Positions 38,452-49,982 of a stretch of DNA of 64,000 nt are shown here, piece after piece; position 1 is the first letter of the stretch, and every line of letters begins with the position of its first letter. The notes under the pieces were generated by a model. The model was given only the letters and a program-made list of their open reading frames with translations. It did not search any database and was not told the DNA's origin. The stretch is from Malacoraja senta (Eukaryota), in NCBI GenBank assembly GCA_038087875.1, contig CM075990.1, positions 2,916,001-2,980,000 of the forward strand. Reading direction: 5' to 3'. Position numbers and translations under genes: made by a program.

Positions 38452-39150
38452 ATGATCGCCAAGCCTCCGCTTAGTCTCACCGATGTAGATCAGCTGACAT
38501 CTAGAGCAGCGAATGCAATAGATGAGGTTGGAGGAGATGCAGGTGAACCTCTGTCGCACCTGGAACGACTGCTTGGGTCCTTGAATGGAGTCGAGGGGGA
38601 GGTAAAGCGACAGGTGTAGCATCTCTTGCGGTTGCAAGGGAAAGTGCCCGGGGAGGGGGTGGGAAGGGTGGGAAGGGAAGAATTGACCAGGGAGTTACGG
38701 AGGGAGCGGTCTTTGCGGAAAGCAGACGGGTGGGAGATGGGAAGATGTGGCGAGTGGTTGGGTCATGTTGGAGGTGGCGAAAATGACGGAGGACTATTTG
38801 TTGTATGTGACGGCTAGTGGGGTGGAAGGTGAGGACTAGGGGGACTCTGCCCTTGTTACGAGTGGGGGGATGGGGAGAGAGAGCCATGTTACGGGGTATT
38901 GAAGAGACCCTGGTGAGCGCCTCATCTATAGTAGTGGAGGGGAACCCCTCCAACCAGTCTGTCCAACCAACTTTTTATCTTTGTATGCTTCATGGTCACC
39001 TTTGATGTCTTGTTTTCACACCTTACATTCCTATCTCCGTGTCTCCCTCTCCCCTGACTCTCAGTCTGAAGACCCGAAATGTCGCCTATTTCCTTCGCTC
39101 CATAGATGCTGTCTCACCCGCTGAGTTTCTCCAGCATTTTGTGTTTATCT
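38452..39150 (-). mobile_element. Penelope-like element coding fragment (minus) joined to an inverted UTR/pseudo-LTR (plus)
   Basis: GFPSTTIDEAL...RVPLVLTFHP...NLIYCIRCSRCQLIYIGETKRRL on minus 38452-38950; plus-strand UTR 38970-39150. Confidence 0.9.
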
Positions 39151-39394
39151 TTAATCCAGAAAGGCTCTGGAACCAAGGGTGCCAGAATATCAGTGGAGGA
39201 CCTTGTCCAGCAATTCTGGAGCGTGAATCCAGTAAAGAACCAAGAGGGAGCTGCTTGAGAGACATGGTGGTCAGGCAGCATCTGGGGAGGAAAACAGACA
39301 GTCAATGATTCTCTCCAGGTACAGGGTCCTGGCTGTCCCTCCACAGATGCTGCCTGTGTTACTGAGTTCCTCCAGCGGCTTGTTTTCTTTTGCT

Positions 39395-40520
39395 CTCTGG
39401 TCCTAGACTCTCCCACTAGTGGAAACATCACATCCACGCTATCCAGGCCTTTCACTATTCAGTAAGCTTCAATGAGGTGCCCCCTCATCCTTCTAAAACT
39501 GCAGCGAGTACAGGCCCAGTGCCGTCAAACGCTCATCATACGTTAACCCACTCATTCAGGGATCATTCTCGTAAACCTCCTCTGGACCCTCTCCAGAGCC
39601 AGCACATCCTTCCTCAGATGTGGGGCCCAAAACTGCTCACAATCACAATTCAATTCTCTAGATGCTTTCAAGAGAGAGTTAGATAGAGCTCTTAAAGATA
39701 GCGGAGTCAAGGATTATGGGGACAAGGCAGGAACGGGGTACTGATTATGGATGATCAGCCATGATCACAATGAATGGCGGTGGCTGGCTCAATAGACAAT
39801 AGACAATAGGCAATAGACAATAGACAATAGGTGCAGGAGTAGGCCAGTCGGCCCTTCGAGCCAGCACCGCCATTCAATGTGATCATGGCTGATCATCCCC
39901 AATCAGTACCCCGTTCCTGCCTTCTCCCCATATCCCCTGACTGCTATTTTTAAGAGCCCTATCTAGCTCTCTCTTGAAAGCATCCAGAGAACCTGCCTCC
40001 ACCATCATCTGAGGCAGAGAATTCCACAGACTCACCACTTTCTGTGAGAAAAAGTGTTTCTTCATCTCCGTTCTAAATGGCTTACTCCTTATTCTTAAAC
40101 TGTGGCCCCTGGTTCCGGACTCCCCCAACATCGGGAACATGTTTCCTGCCTCTAGCGTGTCCAAGCCCTTAAAAATCTCATATCTTTCAATGAGATTCCC
40201 TCTCATCCTTCAAAACACCAGAGTGCACAAGCCCAGCTGCTCCATTCTCTCAACATATGACAGTCCGGGAATTAACCTTGTAAACCTACGCTGCACTCCC
40301 TCAATAGCAAGAATGTCCTTCCTCAAATTAGGGACTAAAACTGCACACAGGTGTGGTCTCATTAGGGCTCTGTACAACTGCTGAGCCCGAAGGGCCGAAT
40401 TGCCTACTCCTGCACCTATTGTCTATTGTCTATTGTCTATTGTCCAAATGCGATCTGACCAGTGCCTTATAAAGCCTCAGCATTAGATCCCTCTTTTCAT
40501 ACTCCGGTCGTCTCGAAATA
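39395..40520. mobile_element. Three nested CR1 fragments
   Basis: Old minus copy contains a plus 3' end (39655-39790, 40388-40443), which contains a minus copy (39791-40380). Confidence 0.85.
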
Positions 40521-40975
40521 ATTACGAGTTAAATAAACTACTGCAAATAAACTCCTGCCGAACTTCAGACAAAGTTGGTCCCCATGCCATCGCTGAGTCT
40601 GCAAATAATCTGGCAAACCACGTTGGAAGCATTGCGTCCACATTACTCATCCTTCCTGCCCCAACTCACAAAGGACTGTTCGAAAGACAACATTGGGGCG
40701 GCACAAGACAGTATCACTTAAATTGTTCTCAGTCGCCATTGATGCTTAATGATAAATCGCATTCTCTTCCTACAGGTAACCAAACGAGTAATTTTTCCTG
40801 CCTGCCAAGATTGGTTATGATAAACAGTTGTGCAAGCAAGTTTGAGTGTTTCACAGTTGATTAAGCATGGGTGTTACGGGAACTGTAATGCTAAATCAAC
40901 TTTGCATAAAGATAGACACAAAATGCTGGAGTAACTCAGCGGGACAGGCAGCATCTCTGGATAGAAGGAATGGGT

Positions 40976-41003
40976 GACGTTTCGGGTCGAGACCCTTCTT
41001 CAG
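40976..41003 (-). ncRNA. Minimal type-I hammerhead ribozyme motif (representative intact core in a PLE pseudo-LTR)
   Basis: CUGAAGA-A-GGGUC-UC-GACCC-GAAA-CG-UC; other intact cores at 59101-59128 and 63535-63562 (minus). Activity untested; helix I appears to be only 2 bp. Confidence 0.7.
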
Positions 41004-41301
41004 ACCCTTCTTCGGGTCTCGACCCGAAACGTCACCCACTCCTTCTATCCAGAGATGCTGACAGTCCGGCTGAGTTACTCCAGCATTTTGTGTCTATCTT
41101 CGGTGTAAACCAGCATCTGCAGTTCCTTCCTTCAACTTTGCATTGAATTGTGTGGGAAGGAACTGCCGATGCAGGCACAAAGTAATGGAGTAACAACAGC
41201 GGGTCAGGCAGCATCTCTGGAGAAAAAGGATGGGTGATGTTTCGAGTCAGAACCCTTCTTTGCATAAAGTTGATCTCGCACTATCATGTCCAATCTTCTT
41301 A

Positions 41302-41638
41302 TGGGCCTGTCCCACTTTCGCGACTTTTTCGGCGACTGCCGGAACCCGTCAAAGGTCGTTGCAGGTCGCCGAAAATGTTCAACATGTTGAAAATCTAGAG
41401 GCGACCAGAAAGACGCTACGACTCTTTGGGCGACTGAGGAGACGACTCACGACCACGACCATACAGGTGACATGTCGCGGGGGTGAAGCCTGTATGGTCG
41501 TGAGTAATTGCCCAAATAGTCGTCCCTTGTTCTGGTCGCAGCTGGATTTTCAACATGTTGAACATTTTTGGCGACCTACAACGACCTATGATGGGTGCCG
41601 GCAGTCGCCGAAAAAGTCGCGTAAGCGGGACAGACCCA
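41302..41638. mobile_element. PIF/Harbinger-type MITE family B with TIRs of about 95 bp
   Basis: tgggcctgtcccactttcgcgactttttcggcgactgccgg / ccggcagtcgccgaaaaagtcgcgtaagcgggacagaccca; TTA TSD at 41299-41301 and 41639-41641. Confidence 0.9.
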
Positions 41639-41689
41639 TTATCAGCACGCTTGGCTTCTTATTGTCTCCTTTATACCTCTTTTATCACC

Positions 41690-42315
41690 CTTCCCACCCG
41701 AACCACCCCCTCTCCGGGCACTTTCCCTTGCAACTGCAGGAAATGCTACACTTGTCGCTTCACCTCTCCCCTTGACTCCATTCAGGGACTGAAGCTGTCT
41801 TTCCAGGTGCGGCAGAGGTTCACCTGCACCTCCTCCAACCTCATCTATTGCATCCGCTGCTCTAGATGTCAGCTGCTCTACATCGGTGAGACCAAGCGGA
41901 GGCTTGGCGATCGTTTCGCCGAACACCTCCGCTCGGTCCGCAATAACCAACCTGATCTCCCGGTGGCTCAGCACTTCAACTCCCCCTCCCATTCCGAATC
42001 CGACCTTTCTGTCCTCGGCCTCCTCCACGGCCAGAGTGATGACCACCGTAAATTGGAAGAGCAGCACCTCATATTTCGCTTGGGCCGTTTACACCCCAGC
42101 GGTATGAACATTGACTTCTCTAATTTCAGGTAGTCCTTACTTTCTCCTCCCCTTCTCAGCTCTCCCTCAGCCCACTGGCTCCTCCTCTTCCTTTCTTCTT
42201 CCCGCCCCACCCTCACATCAGTCTGAAGAAGGGTTTTGGCCCGAAACGCTGCCTATTTCCTTTGCTCCATAGATGCTGCTGCACCCGCTGAGTTTCTCCA
42301 GCATTTTTGTCCTCC
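41690..42315 (+). mobile_element. Penelope-like element 3' end with open GIY-YIG endonuclease domain (stop at 42133), UTR and hammerhead pseudo-LTR
   Basis: PCNCRKCYTC...NLIYCIRCSRCQLLYIGETKRRLGDRFAEH...VAQHF...RKLEEQHLIFRLGRLHPSGMN; ctgaagaaggg core at 42223. Confidence 0.95.
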
Positions 42316-42819
42316 TTTTCATCTCTAGCTTTGTCTACCCATCAACCCTCCCCCCAACATCACCTGTATCAACTTATCACTTATACACACAAAGTGCTGG
42401 AGTAACTCAGTGGGTCAGGCAGCATCTCAGATGATTTCGGGTTGGGACCCATATCCGAGTCAGAGTTGAATATCCCGGCATCTGCAGTCTCATCCTTCAT
42501 CCCCATGCTATCCATCACTATTTCAAGAAGATTGTTTGATTCTTCCTTGAAAGTAAAGTAAGGATGAGACTTTGGAGATGGCTTTGGAGAATCCGGATTA
42601 CTGGCATCTCCTTTGAACAGCCGAGGATCCAGTGTTTTTACCGACCTACCCTTTTCTCCATCCATCACAGGGGAACCAAGCGCCTAATTGATCCACCCAC
42701 AATACCTTCACACAACTGCCATTGGCAATGTGACTGTAGATCCTAAGAACTAACATTATGATCTGAGATGCACCAGGGAAGAATTGGCTAATCCAGAGAC
42801 ATGTTCTCCCATTCACCTA

Positions 42820-43150
42820 GAGACATAGAGTCATACAGCGTGGAAACAGGCCCACCAGCCAACATGTCCCATCTACACTAGTCCCACCTGCTTGCGTTTG
42901 GTCCCTATCCCTCTAAACCTATCCTATCCATGTAGCTGTATCCATGTATCCTTTCCAGCCGGCTCAATCCCTCCCTTCAGGTCCAATCAGGCCTTCATCT
43001 CCCAGATATCCTCATAAATCCTTGCACCATTTCCAACTTGACAACATCTTTCCTATAACACGGTGCCCAGACCTGAACACAATACTCTAAATGCGTCCTC
43101 ACCAACGTCTTATATAAGTGCAACATGACCTCCCAACTTCTATACTCAAT
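42820..43150 (-). mobile_element. HER1-type CR1 fragment, internally deleted
   Basis: catagagtcatacagcgtggaaacaggccc tail on the minus strand. Confidence 0.8.
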
Positions 43151-43296
43151 ATAGACACAAAATACTGGAGGAACTCAGCGGGTCAGGGAACATATCTCTG
43201 GAGAAATGGAATAGGTGACATTTTGGGTCTAAACCCTTTCTTCAGACTGAGTCTGCAGTTCCTTCCCACACATTACTGAGTCAAGTTACAAGCTTG

Positions 43297-44138
43297 CAGG
43301 GGCGGAAATCCCGGGGGGGGGGGCAGGGGGAACATGTCCCCCCCCCCCTGTTTTGAGAGGTGGGGGACGATCCCCCACATTTTTTGTAATCTGGATTTTA
43401 AAACTCGGTGAAATCTCCGCTTTCCGCGAGACAGTGGGGGTGGGACTGCTGATCGAGGGCGCCGATTGGTCAAGAGAGACGTCGGTCAGCAGGCAATGGG
43501 GGCGGGACATGATGATTCAGCTCGATCATTGGAGGAGGGAGGTGTCGGTCAGAGGCGGAAGTAGGGGGGGGTGGGACTGAGGATAGAGCGTGCTGATTGG
43601 AGGGGAGAGATGTGCCAAAACACCCTCGGCAGCCCTAGACACATCCGCAGCCAGGATCGATCCCGGTCTCCGTCGCCGCAATCGCTGCCGAACCGCCACA
43701 GGACCATCCCCGTCCCCACCCGATTGTCCCCCCCGGGGGTGGCCAGAGACGTCGGGAATCAGACGGGAGCTGTGCCCCCAGGCCCACAGCCAGCGCAGAG
43801 AAGCAGCACTAAACCCAGCTCAACTCTGCCTGTCCCGCCAGGTTAACCTACAGCCCTGCCTGGACTTGCGGGAAATATGGCCCAGGTTTACAGCCAGTGT
43901 GGAGAAGCAGCGTCAGCTCCACGGCTCCAGACTGCTGTCCCGTCAGTCCAGGCAGGGCTGTAGGTTAACCCGGCGAGACAGCCAGAGTTGAGCTGCATTT
44001 AGCGCTGGATTGAGCCTCCGCAAAGCCTCGCGCACATGTGTGTGTGTGAGTGTGCGCATGCGCGTGCGGCCACCAAGAAATTCTGTCCCCCCTGTCCCCC
44101 GGTCCCCCCCCATATTTTGATAGCGATTTCCGTGCCTG
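43297..44138. mobile_element. Non-autonomous hAT DNA transposon (842 bp)
   Basis: 14-bp TIRs caggggcggaaatc / gatttccgtgcctg; perfect 8-bp TSD caagcttg (43289-43296, 44139-44146). Confidence 0.9.
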
Positions 44139-44934
44139 CAAGCTTGATCAGAGAATTAAGGGAGTTTTTAATGGAAAGAGATGACAATTTTTAGCGGACA
44201 TCTTTTGGGAAAGTTGTGCCAGCAGGCCATTGTCCAACCAATTATCCCATGCTACCTCACAGCACCTACAAATGGTCCTTAAGCTTGTATTTTATATTAT
44301 GATTTGGATTGAAAGAAAATGGGTCGGGACCCTTCATCAGAGTCCATAGACCCAATTCAATACGTAGTACTCTGACTGATGAAGGCCAATGTACCAAGAG
44401 GCTTTTTGGCCACCCTATTGATATACCTGTGATGCCACCTTCAAGGACCTCCATGCAAGAAACATTTGAAGGACATTGAAGGAAGGAAATGCTCCAAATT
44501 CACTTGATCATTTACACAACTATCGTCCTTGGAACCAACGGGATGAAAATATTTTGTTAATATGTCGAGTTTCTGATGTGTCCTGCACAGCTGTTTGTCA
44601 GACGTTCTCCAAGGAACGGTGTTCCTAATGTTTTATTTCTTGGTTTTTTTCCTTCTGCCTCCAAAACAAACCGGGGGTCACTTTGATCCGAGTATCATTT
44701 TATTAGCTTTACGGCTTGGCAGAGCAGTGGTGGGATTCAGCGAGCTCCAACTAGGCTCTCAATCTGGAGAACATTGCAACGTCTTCCTGATACATTAAGG
44801 TAGCAGATGGACTCTTTAAAAACCTGATGGTCCCCCTAATGACCAAGCTGCTTGAATCTTGCCGTTATGCTTCTCAGCCGTCTCGCTTGGAACTCTGAGA
44901 AGGTTCATTATCCTCGGCAGCTTGTAGCATCGAG

Positions 44935-45725
44935 ACATAGAAACATGGGAAATAGGGGCAGGAGTAGGCCATTCGGCCCTTCGATCCAGCACCGCCATTC
45001 AATATGATCGTGGCAGATCATCCACAATCAGTACCACTTCCTGCTTTCTCCCCATACCCCTTGATTCCATTAGCCCTCAGAGCTATATCTAACTCTCTCT
45101 TGAAAACATCCAGTGAATTGGCCTCCACTGCCTAAAAGCCCTGTCCCACTGTACGAGTTAATTGAAGAGTTCTCCCGAGTTTGCCCTGATTCGAACTCGG
45201 AGATTTACGGTAATGGCCGCTCGTAGGTACTCGGGGCTCCCGTGGACATTTTTCAACATGTTGAAAAATCTTCCCGAGTCTTCCCGAGCTTACCGCATTT
45301 CCCGAGTACCTGCCTTTAGCGTTACGAGCCGCTAAGAGACGTCCCCGAGCTCCGACGTACCCGCTACGTTCATTCTACGTGCTTCCACGAGTTTGATTTT
45401 TTTTTTAAACTCGGGAGAGCTCTTGAATGAACTCGTACAGTGGGACAGGGCTTTTATGTGGCAGAGAATTCCACAGATTCACAACTGTCTGCGTGATAAA
45501 GTTTTTCCTCATCTCAGTCCTAAATGGCCTACCCGATATACTTAACCTGTGACCCCTGGTTCTGGACTCCCCCAACATCGGGAACATTTTTCCTGCATCT
45601 CGCCTGTCCAATCCCTTAAGAATGCTATATGTTTCTATAAGATACCCTCTCATCCTTCTAAATTCCAGTAAATATAAGCCTAGTTAATCCATCCTTTAAT
45701 CATACGTCAGTCTCGCCATCCCAGG
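44935..45725 (-). mobile_element. CR1 LINE 3' fragment split by a MITE
   Basis: MRGYLIETYSILKGLDRRDAGKMFPMLGESRTRGH remnant; resumes across 45136-45453. Confidence 0.9.
45136..45453. mobile_element. PIF/Harbinger-type MITE family A, second copy
   Basis: Near-identical to 21616-21931; flanks TAA / TTA. Confidence 0.9.
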
Positions 45726-45990
45726 ACTACAATTTGCCACTGATAAACCGTCCGTTTTTCCAAGGCCGCAAGAAATCGCAAGAGTTGTGGACGCAGCCCA
45801 GACCTCCCTTCCATCAACTCCATTTACACCTCACGCTGCCTGGGCAAGGCCAGCTGCATAATCAAGGTTGAGTCACGCCCTGGCCACTCCGCTTTTCTCC
45901 CCTCTCCCATCGGGCAAAAGGTGCAGAAGTGTGAAAACGCACACCTCCAGATTCAGGGACAGTTTCTTCCCAACTTTTATCAGGCAACTG

Positions 45991-46361
45991 CAGGCACGGA
46001 AATCGCTGTCGAAACATGCGGGGGACACAATTTATTTGCGGCCATGCGCGCACACGCGAGGCTTTGGCGTGGACCCTGTGGACGTCCGCCCCGAATCGTG
46101 GGGCTTGAATCGTCCCGTTCACGGGGACTTTCATCGGCCGGTGGGGGCTTCAACATCGGGAGCCTCGATCGCCTCGATGCAGGAGTTTGATTTTAAGCTG
46201 TGCCAGGCGATGAAAGGCCCCGCAAATGGTCGATTCAGCCCTTAGAAAGCGGCTGATAAAGTCTGGATTACAAAACATGGGGGGGGGAGGATCGTCCCCC
46301 AGTTCTCAAACCATGGGGGGGACGTGTCCCCCCTGCCCCCACCCCAGGATTTCCGCCCCGG
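45991..46361. mobile_element. Non-autonomous hAT element related to 43297-44138, opposite orientation, inside a Rex1 3' end (45750-46633)
   Basis: TIRs caggcacggaaatc / gatttccgccccgg; TSD ggcaactg / gtcaactg (7 of 8). Confidence 0.85.
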
Positions 46362-47174
46362 GTCAACTGAACCATCCTACTGCAACCAGAGAGCAGTCCT
46401 GAACTGCTATCTAACTCATCATGGATCCTCGGAATATTTTTGATCGGACGTTACTGGCTTCAGCTTGCACTAAACGTTATTCCCTTATCGTGTATCTGCA
46501 CGCTGCAAATTGTTTGATTGTAATCATGTATTGTAATCCTTTATTGTCTTTCCGCTGGCTGGTTACCACGCAACAAAAGCTTTTCACTGTACCTTGGTAG
46601 AGACAATCAATAAACTAAGCTGAACTGAACTGAAATTTGGCATCACATCAAAGCAATAGAATGAACATCCAGCTAATTCAACCTAGTTGGTAATTTAGTT
46701 TAACCATTTAGAGTCACGGGGTTGGCTACCACTTCCCATCTCCAACAATAGATCACTGATCTCATGGTCTTCATCTGAGGACAGGTCCCGACCCGGACTG
46801 TCACCCATTCTTTTCCTCCAGAGATGCTGCCTGACCTTATGAGTTACTCAGAATCTGTGTCATAGTTTGGTATAAACCAACATCTATAAATCGTTGTTTC
46901 TGCTTTTCTGCATCTGGTCGGTTTATTAACATCTGATCAGATACAAGATGAACATTTAGGCAAAACCTTTAAGGAATGCAGGCAACTGAATCATCCTACC
47001 ACAAGCAGAGACCTGTGCTGAACTAGTATCTCCCTCGTTGGTGACCCTCGGTCTATCCTTGATCGGACATTGCTGGCTTTACCTTGCACTAAACGTTATT
47101 CCCTCATCATGTATCCATCCACTGTAAATGGCTCAATTGTAATTCTAATCATGTATTGTCTTTCTGCTGACTTT

Positions 47175-47864
47175 CAACCATCAACGGGTCGATGGTTGAA
47201 AGGGTCAAGAGCTTCAAATTCCTGGGCGTGCACATCTCTGAAGATCTTTCCTGGTCCGAGAACAATGATGCCATTATTAAGAAAGCACATCAGCGCCTCT
47301 ACTTCCTGAGAAGATTACGGAGAGTCGGTTTGTCAAGGAGGACTCTCTCTAACTTCTACAGGTGCACAGTAGAGAGCATGCTGACCGGTTGCATCGTGGC
47401 TTGGTTCGGCAACTTGAGTGCCCTGGAGAGGAAAAGACTACAAAAAGTAGTAAACACTGCCCAGTCCATCATCGGCTCTGACCTCCCTTCCATCGAGGGG
47501 ATCTACCACAGTCGCTGCCTCAAAAAGACTGGCAGCATCATCAAGGACCCACACCATCCTGGCCACACACTCATCTCCCTACTACCTTCAGGTAGAAGGT
47601 ACAGGAGCCTGAAGACTGCAACGACCAGGTTCAGGAATAGCTACTTCCCCACAGCCATCAGGCTATTAAACCTGGCTCGGACATAACACTGAACTTTATT
47701 AGCCAATACTGTTATTTGCACTTTATCAGTATATTGACCATTGTGTATATATTTATAGAATGCCTTGTAGTAAATGCCTACTATGTTCTGTTGTGCTGAA
47801 GCAAAGCAAGAATTTCATTGTCCTACCAGGGACACATGACAATAAACTCACTTGACTTGACTTG
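47175..47864 (+). mobile_element. Young Rex1/Babar-type LINE 3' fragment with open ORF end, nested in another Rex1 UTR (46980-47930)
   Basis: VERVKSFKFLGVHISEDLSW...KKAHQRLYFLRRLR...RFRNSYFPTAIRLLN; (cttga)n tail. Confidence 0.92.
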
Positions 47865-48602
47865 GATAGCACACATCAAAAGCTTTTCTCTGTACCTCGG
47901 CACACGTGACAATAAACTGAACTAAACTGAAGAGAAAAGGGCACATTAGCTCCTTGAGGTTCTTTTGCCATTCAATTAGATCATTGTGGCTTTGAAGGGA
48001 CAAGGATCTGCAAGGCGATCATGGTGGCACAGCGGTAGAGTTGCTGCCTTACACTGCATTTGTGCCGGAGACCCGGGTTCGATCCTGACTACGGGTGCTG
48101 TCTGTACGGAGTTTGTACGTTCTCCCCATGATCATGTGGCTTTTCTCCGAGATCTTCGGTTTCCTCCCACAGTCCAAAGACGTACAGGTTTGTATGTTAA
48201 TTGGCCTGGTGTATGTGTACGGTGCGGACTCGGCGGGCCGAAGGGCCTGTTTCCGCGCTGTATCTCTAAAACTGAAAAGTAAAAAATCACAGAGTGCTTC
48301 ACAAAATCACAACGGGTCAGGCGGCATCTATGGAGGAGTTGGTGTTCCTTGTTTAGTTGCATGGCAAGAGAATCAGTGGGAAGATGAAGGGTGTGTCGGA
48401 GAGTGTAGGTTACAGGGAAATGTGTGAGAGAATAGGATAGTGTTGAGAGCTGGCGTAGGGTCAATGGGCTGAATGGCCTCATTCAATATCATGGGAAAAT
48501 AGGAGAAATATGAGGTCAATGACCTTTTGTTGGAGATGGGAAGTGGTAGCATTCCCAGTGACTCCTGCACCCTCTAAGTGAATAAAGTAAAGTAACAACC
48601 AT

Positions 48603-49072
48603 AGATTGACACAAAATGCTGGAGTAACCCTGCGTATCAGGCAGCATCTCTGGAGAAAACAAAATAGGTGACGTTTCGGGTCAAGGCCCTTCTTCAGACT
48701 GAGGGTCAGGGAGGGGAAAACTAGAGGTGCCGGAAGGTACAGAACAAAGCAGAGGCTGCGCCGATGACTCAGGACAAATGGAGTCCACAATGGTCCATTG
48801 TTGGATGGAGACGAGGTGATAACAAAGGAATACAGATGGTGAAATTAGCTAGAGGACTAGGTTGGGGGAGGGATGGAGAGAGAGTTAATGCAAGGGTTAC
48901 TTGAAGAAAAATCATTAGTCATACCACTGGGGTGTAAGCTGCCCAAGCAAAATATGAGGTGCTGTTCCTCCAATTTGCGCTGGGCCTCACTCTGACAGTG
49001 GAGGAGGCCCAGGACGCAAATGTCGGCATGGGAATGGGAAGGGGAGTTAAAATGTTCAGCAACCGGGAGATT
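48603..49072 (-). mobile_element. Penelope-like element 3' end
   Basis: LPVAEHFNSPSHSH...RKLEEQHLIFCLGSLHPSG plus UTR and pseudo-LTR. Confidence 0.9.
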
Positions 49073-49269
49073 GTGTACAATCCATGTAGAATTAGCTGGT
49101 CGTTCTTTGATGTGATGCCAAACTAGATGAATTCTCACTTCCACAGGAGTGGTGTGTGTGTGTGCGATACAAAAACAGGCCATTTGTCCAGTCCCCTGTT
49201 CTGGTGATTGATGTCCTGATTCAGTATTTTAGCCATGCCGCTGAAGTACTACCGGAGCGCTGTACTTTG

Positions 49270-49982
49270 GTGGTCGGTGGCGCAGCGGTAGAGTTGCTGC
49301 CTTACAGCGCTTGCACCGCCAGTGAACCCGGTTCGATCCTGACTACGGGTGCTGTCTGTACGGAGTTTGTACGTTCTTCCCGTGACCGCATGGGTTTTCT
49401 CTGAGGCCTTCAGTTTCCTCCCACACTCCAAAGACGTGCAGGTTTGTAGGTTAATTGGCTTGGTATAAATGTAAAATAGTCCCTAGTGTGTGTCGGGCAG
49501 TGTTAATGCACGGGGATCGCTGGTCAGTGCGGACTCGATGGGCCGAAGAGCCTGTTTACGCGCCGTATCTCTGAACTAAACTAAACTACCCTACTGACGA
49601 GACAAAAAACCTGCCACAAATACTCTCTCGGATGTTCATAAGAAACCCCATTACAAGATTTTGAAGAGCAAAATAAATTATTTCCAGTTTCCTGGCCAAT
49701 CTTTTATTTATTGTAGTTTAATTTGGAGATACAGCGCAGAAACAGGCCCTTCGGCCCACCGAGTCTGCACCGACCAGTGATCCCCACACACTAACACCAT
49801 CCTACACACACTAGGGACAATTGACATTCATACCAAGCCAATTAACCTACAAGCCTGCACGTCTTTGGAGTGAGGGAGGAAGCCGGAGATTGCGGAGAAA
49901 ACCCGTGGGGTCACGGGGAGAACGTACAAACTCCGTACAGACAGCATCCGTAGTCAGGATCGAACCCGGGTCTCTGGCGCTT
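49270..49982. mobile_element. Tail-to-tail pair of HE1/V-SINEs (plus 49270-49587, minus 49713-49982)
   Basis: Two near-complete copies in inverted orientation about 125 bp apart. Confidence 0.9.

Noticed and set aside
41555..42133. 192-aa ORF as an intact or domesticated endonuclease gene
   Set aside because: The start lies in a MITE TIR; only the 3' part is PLE, 5'-truncated and followed by the normal element UTR.
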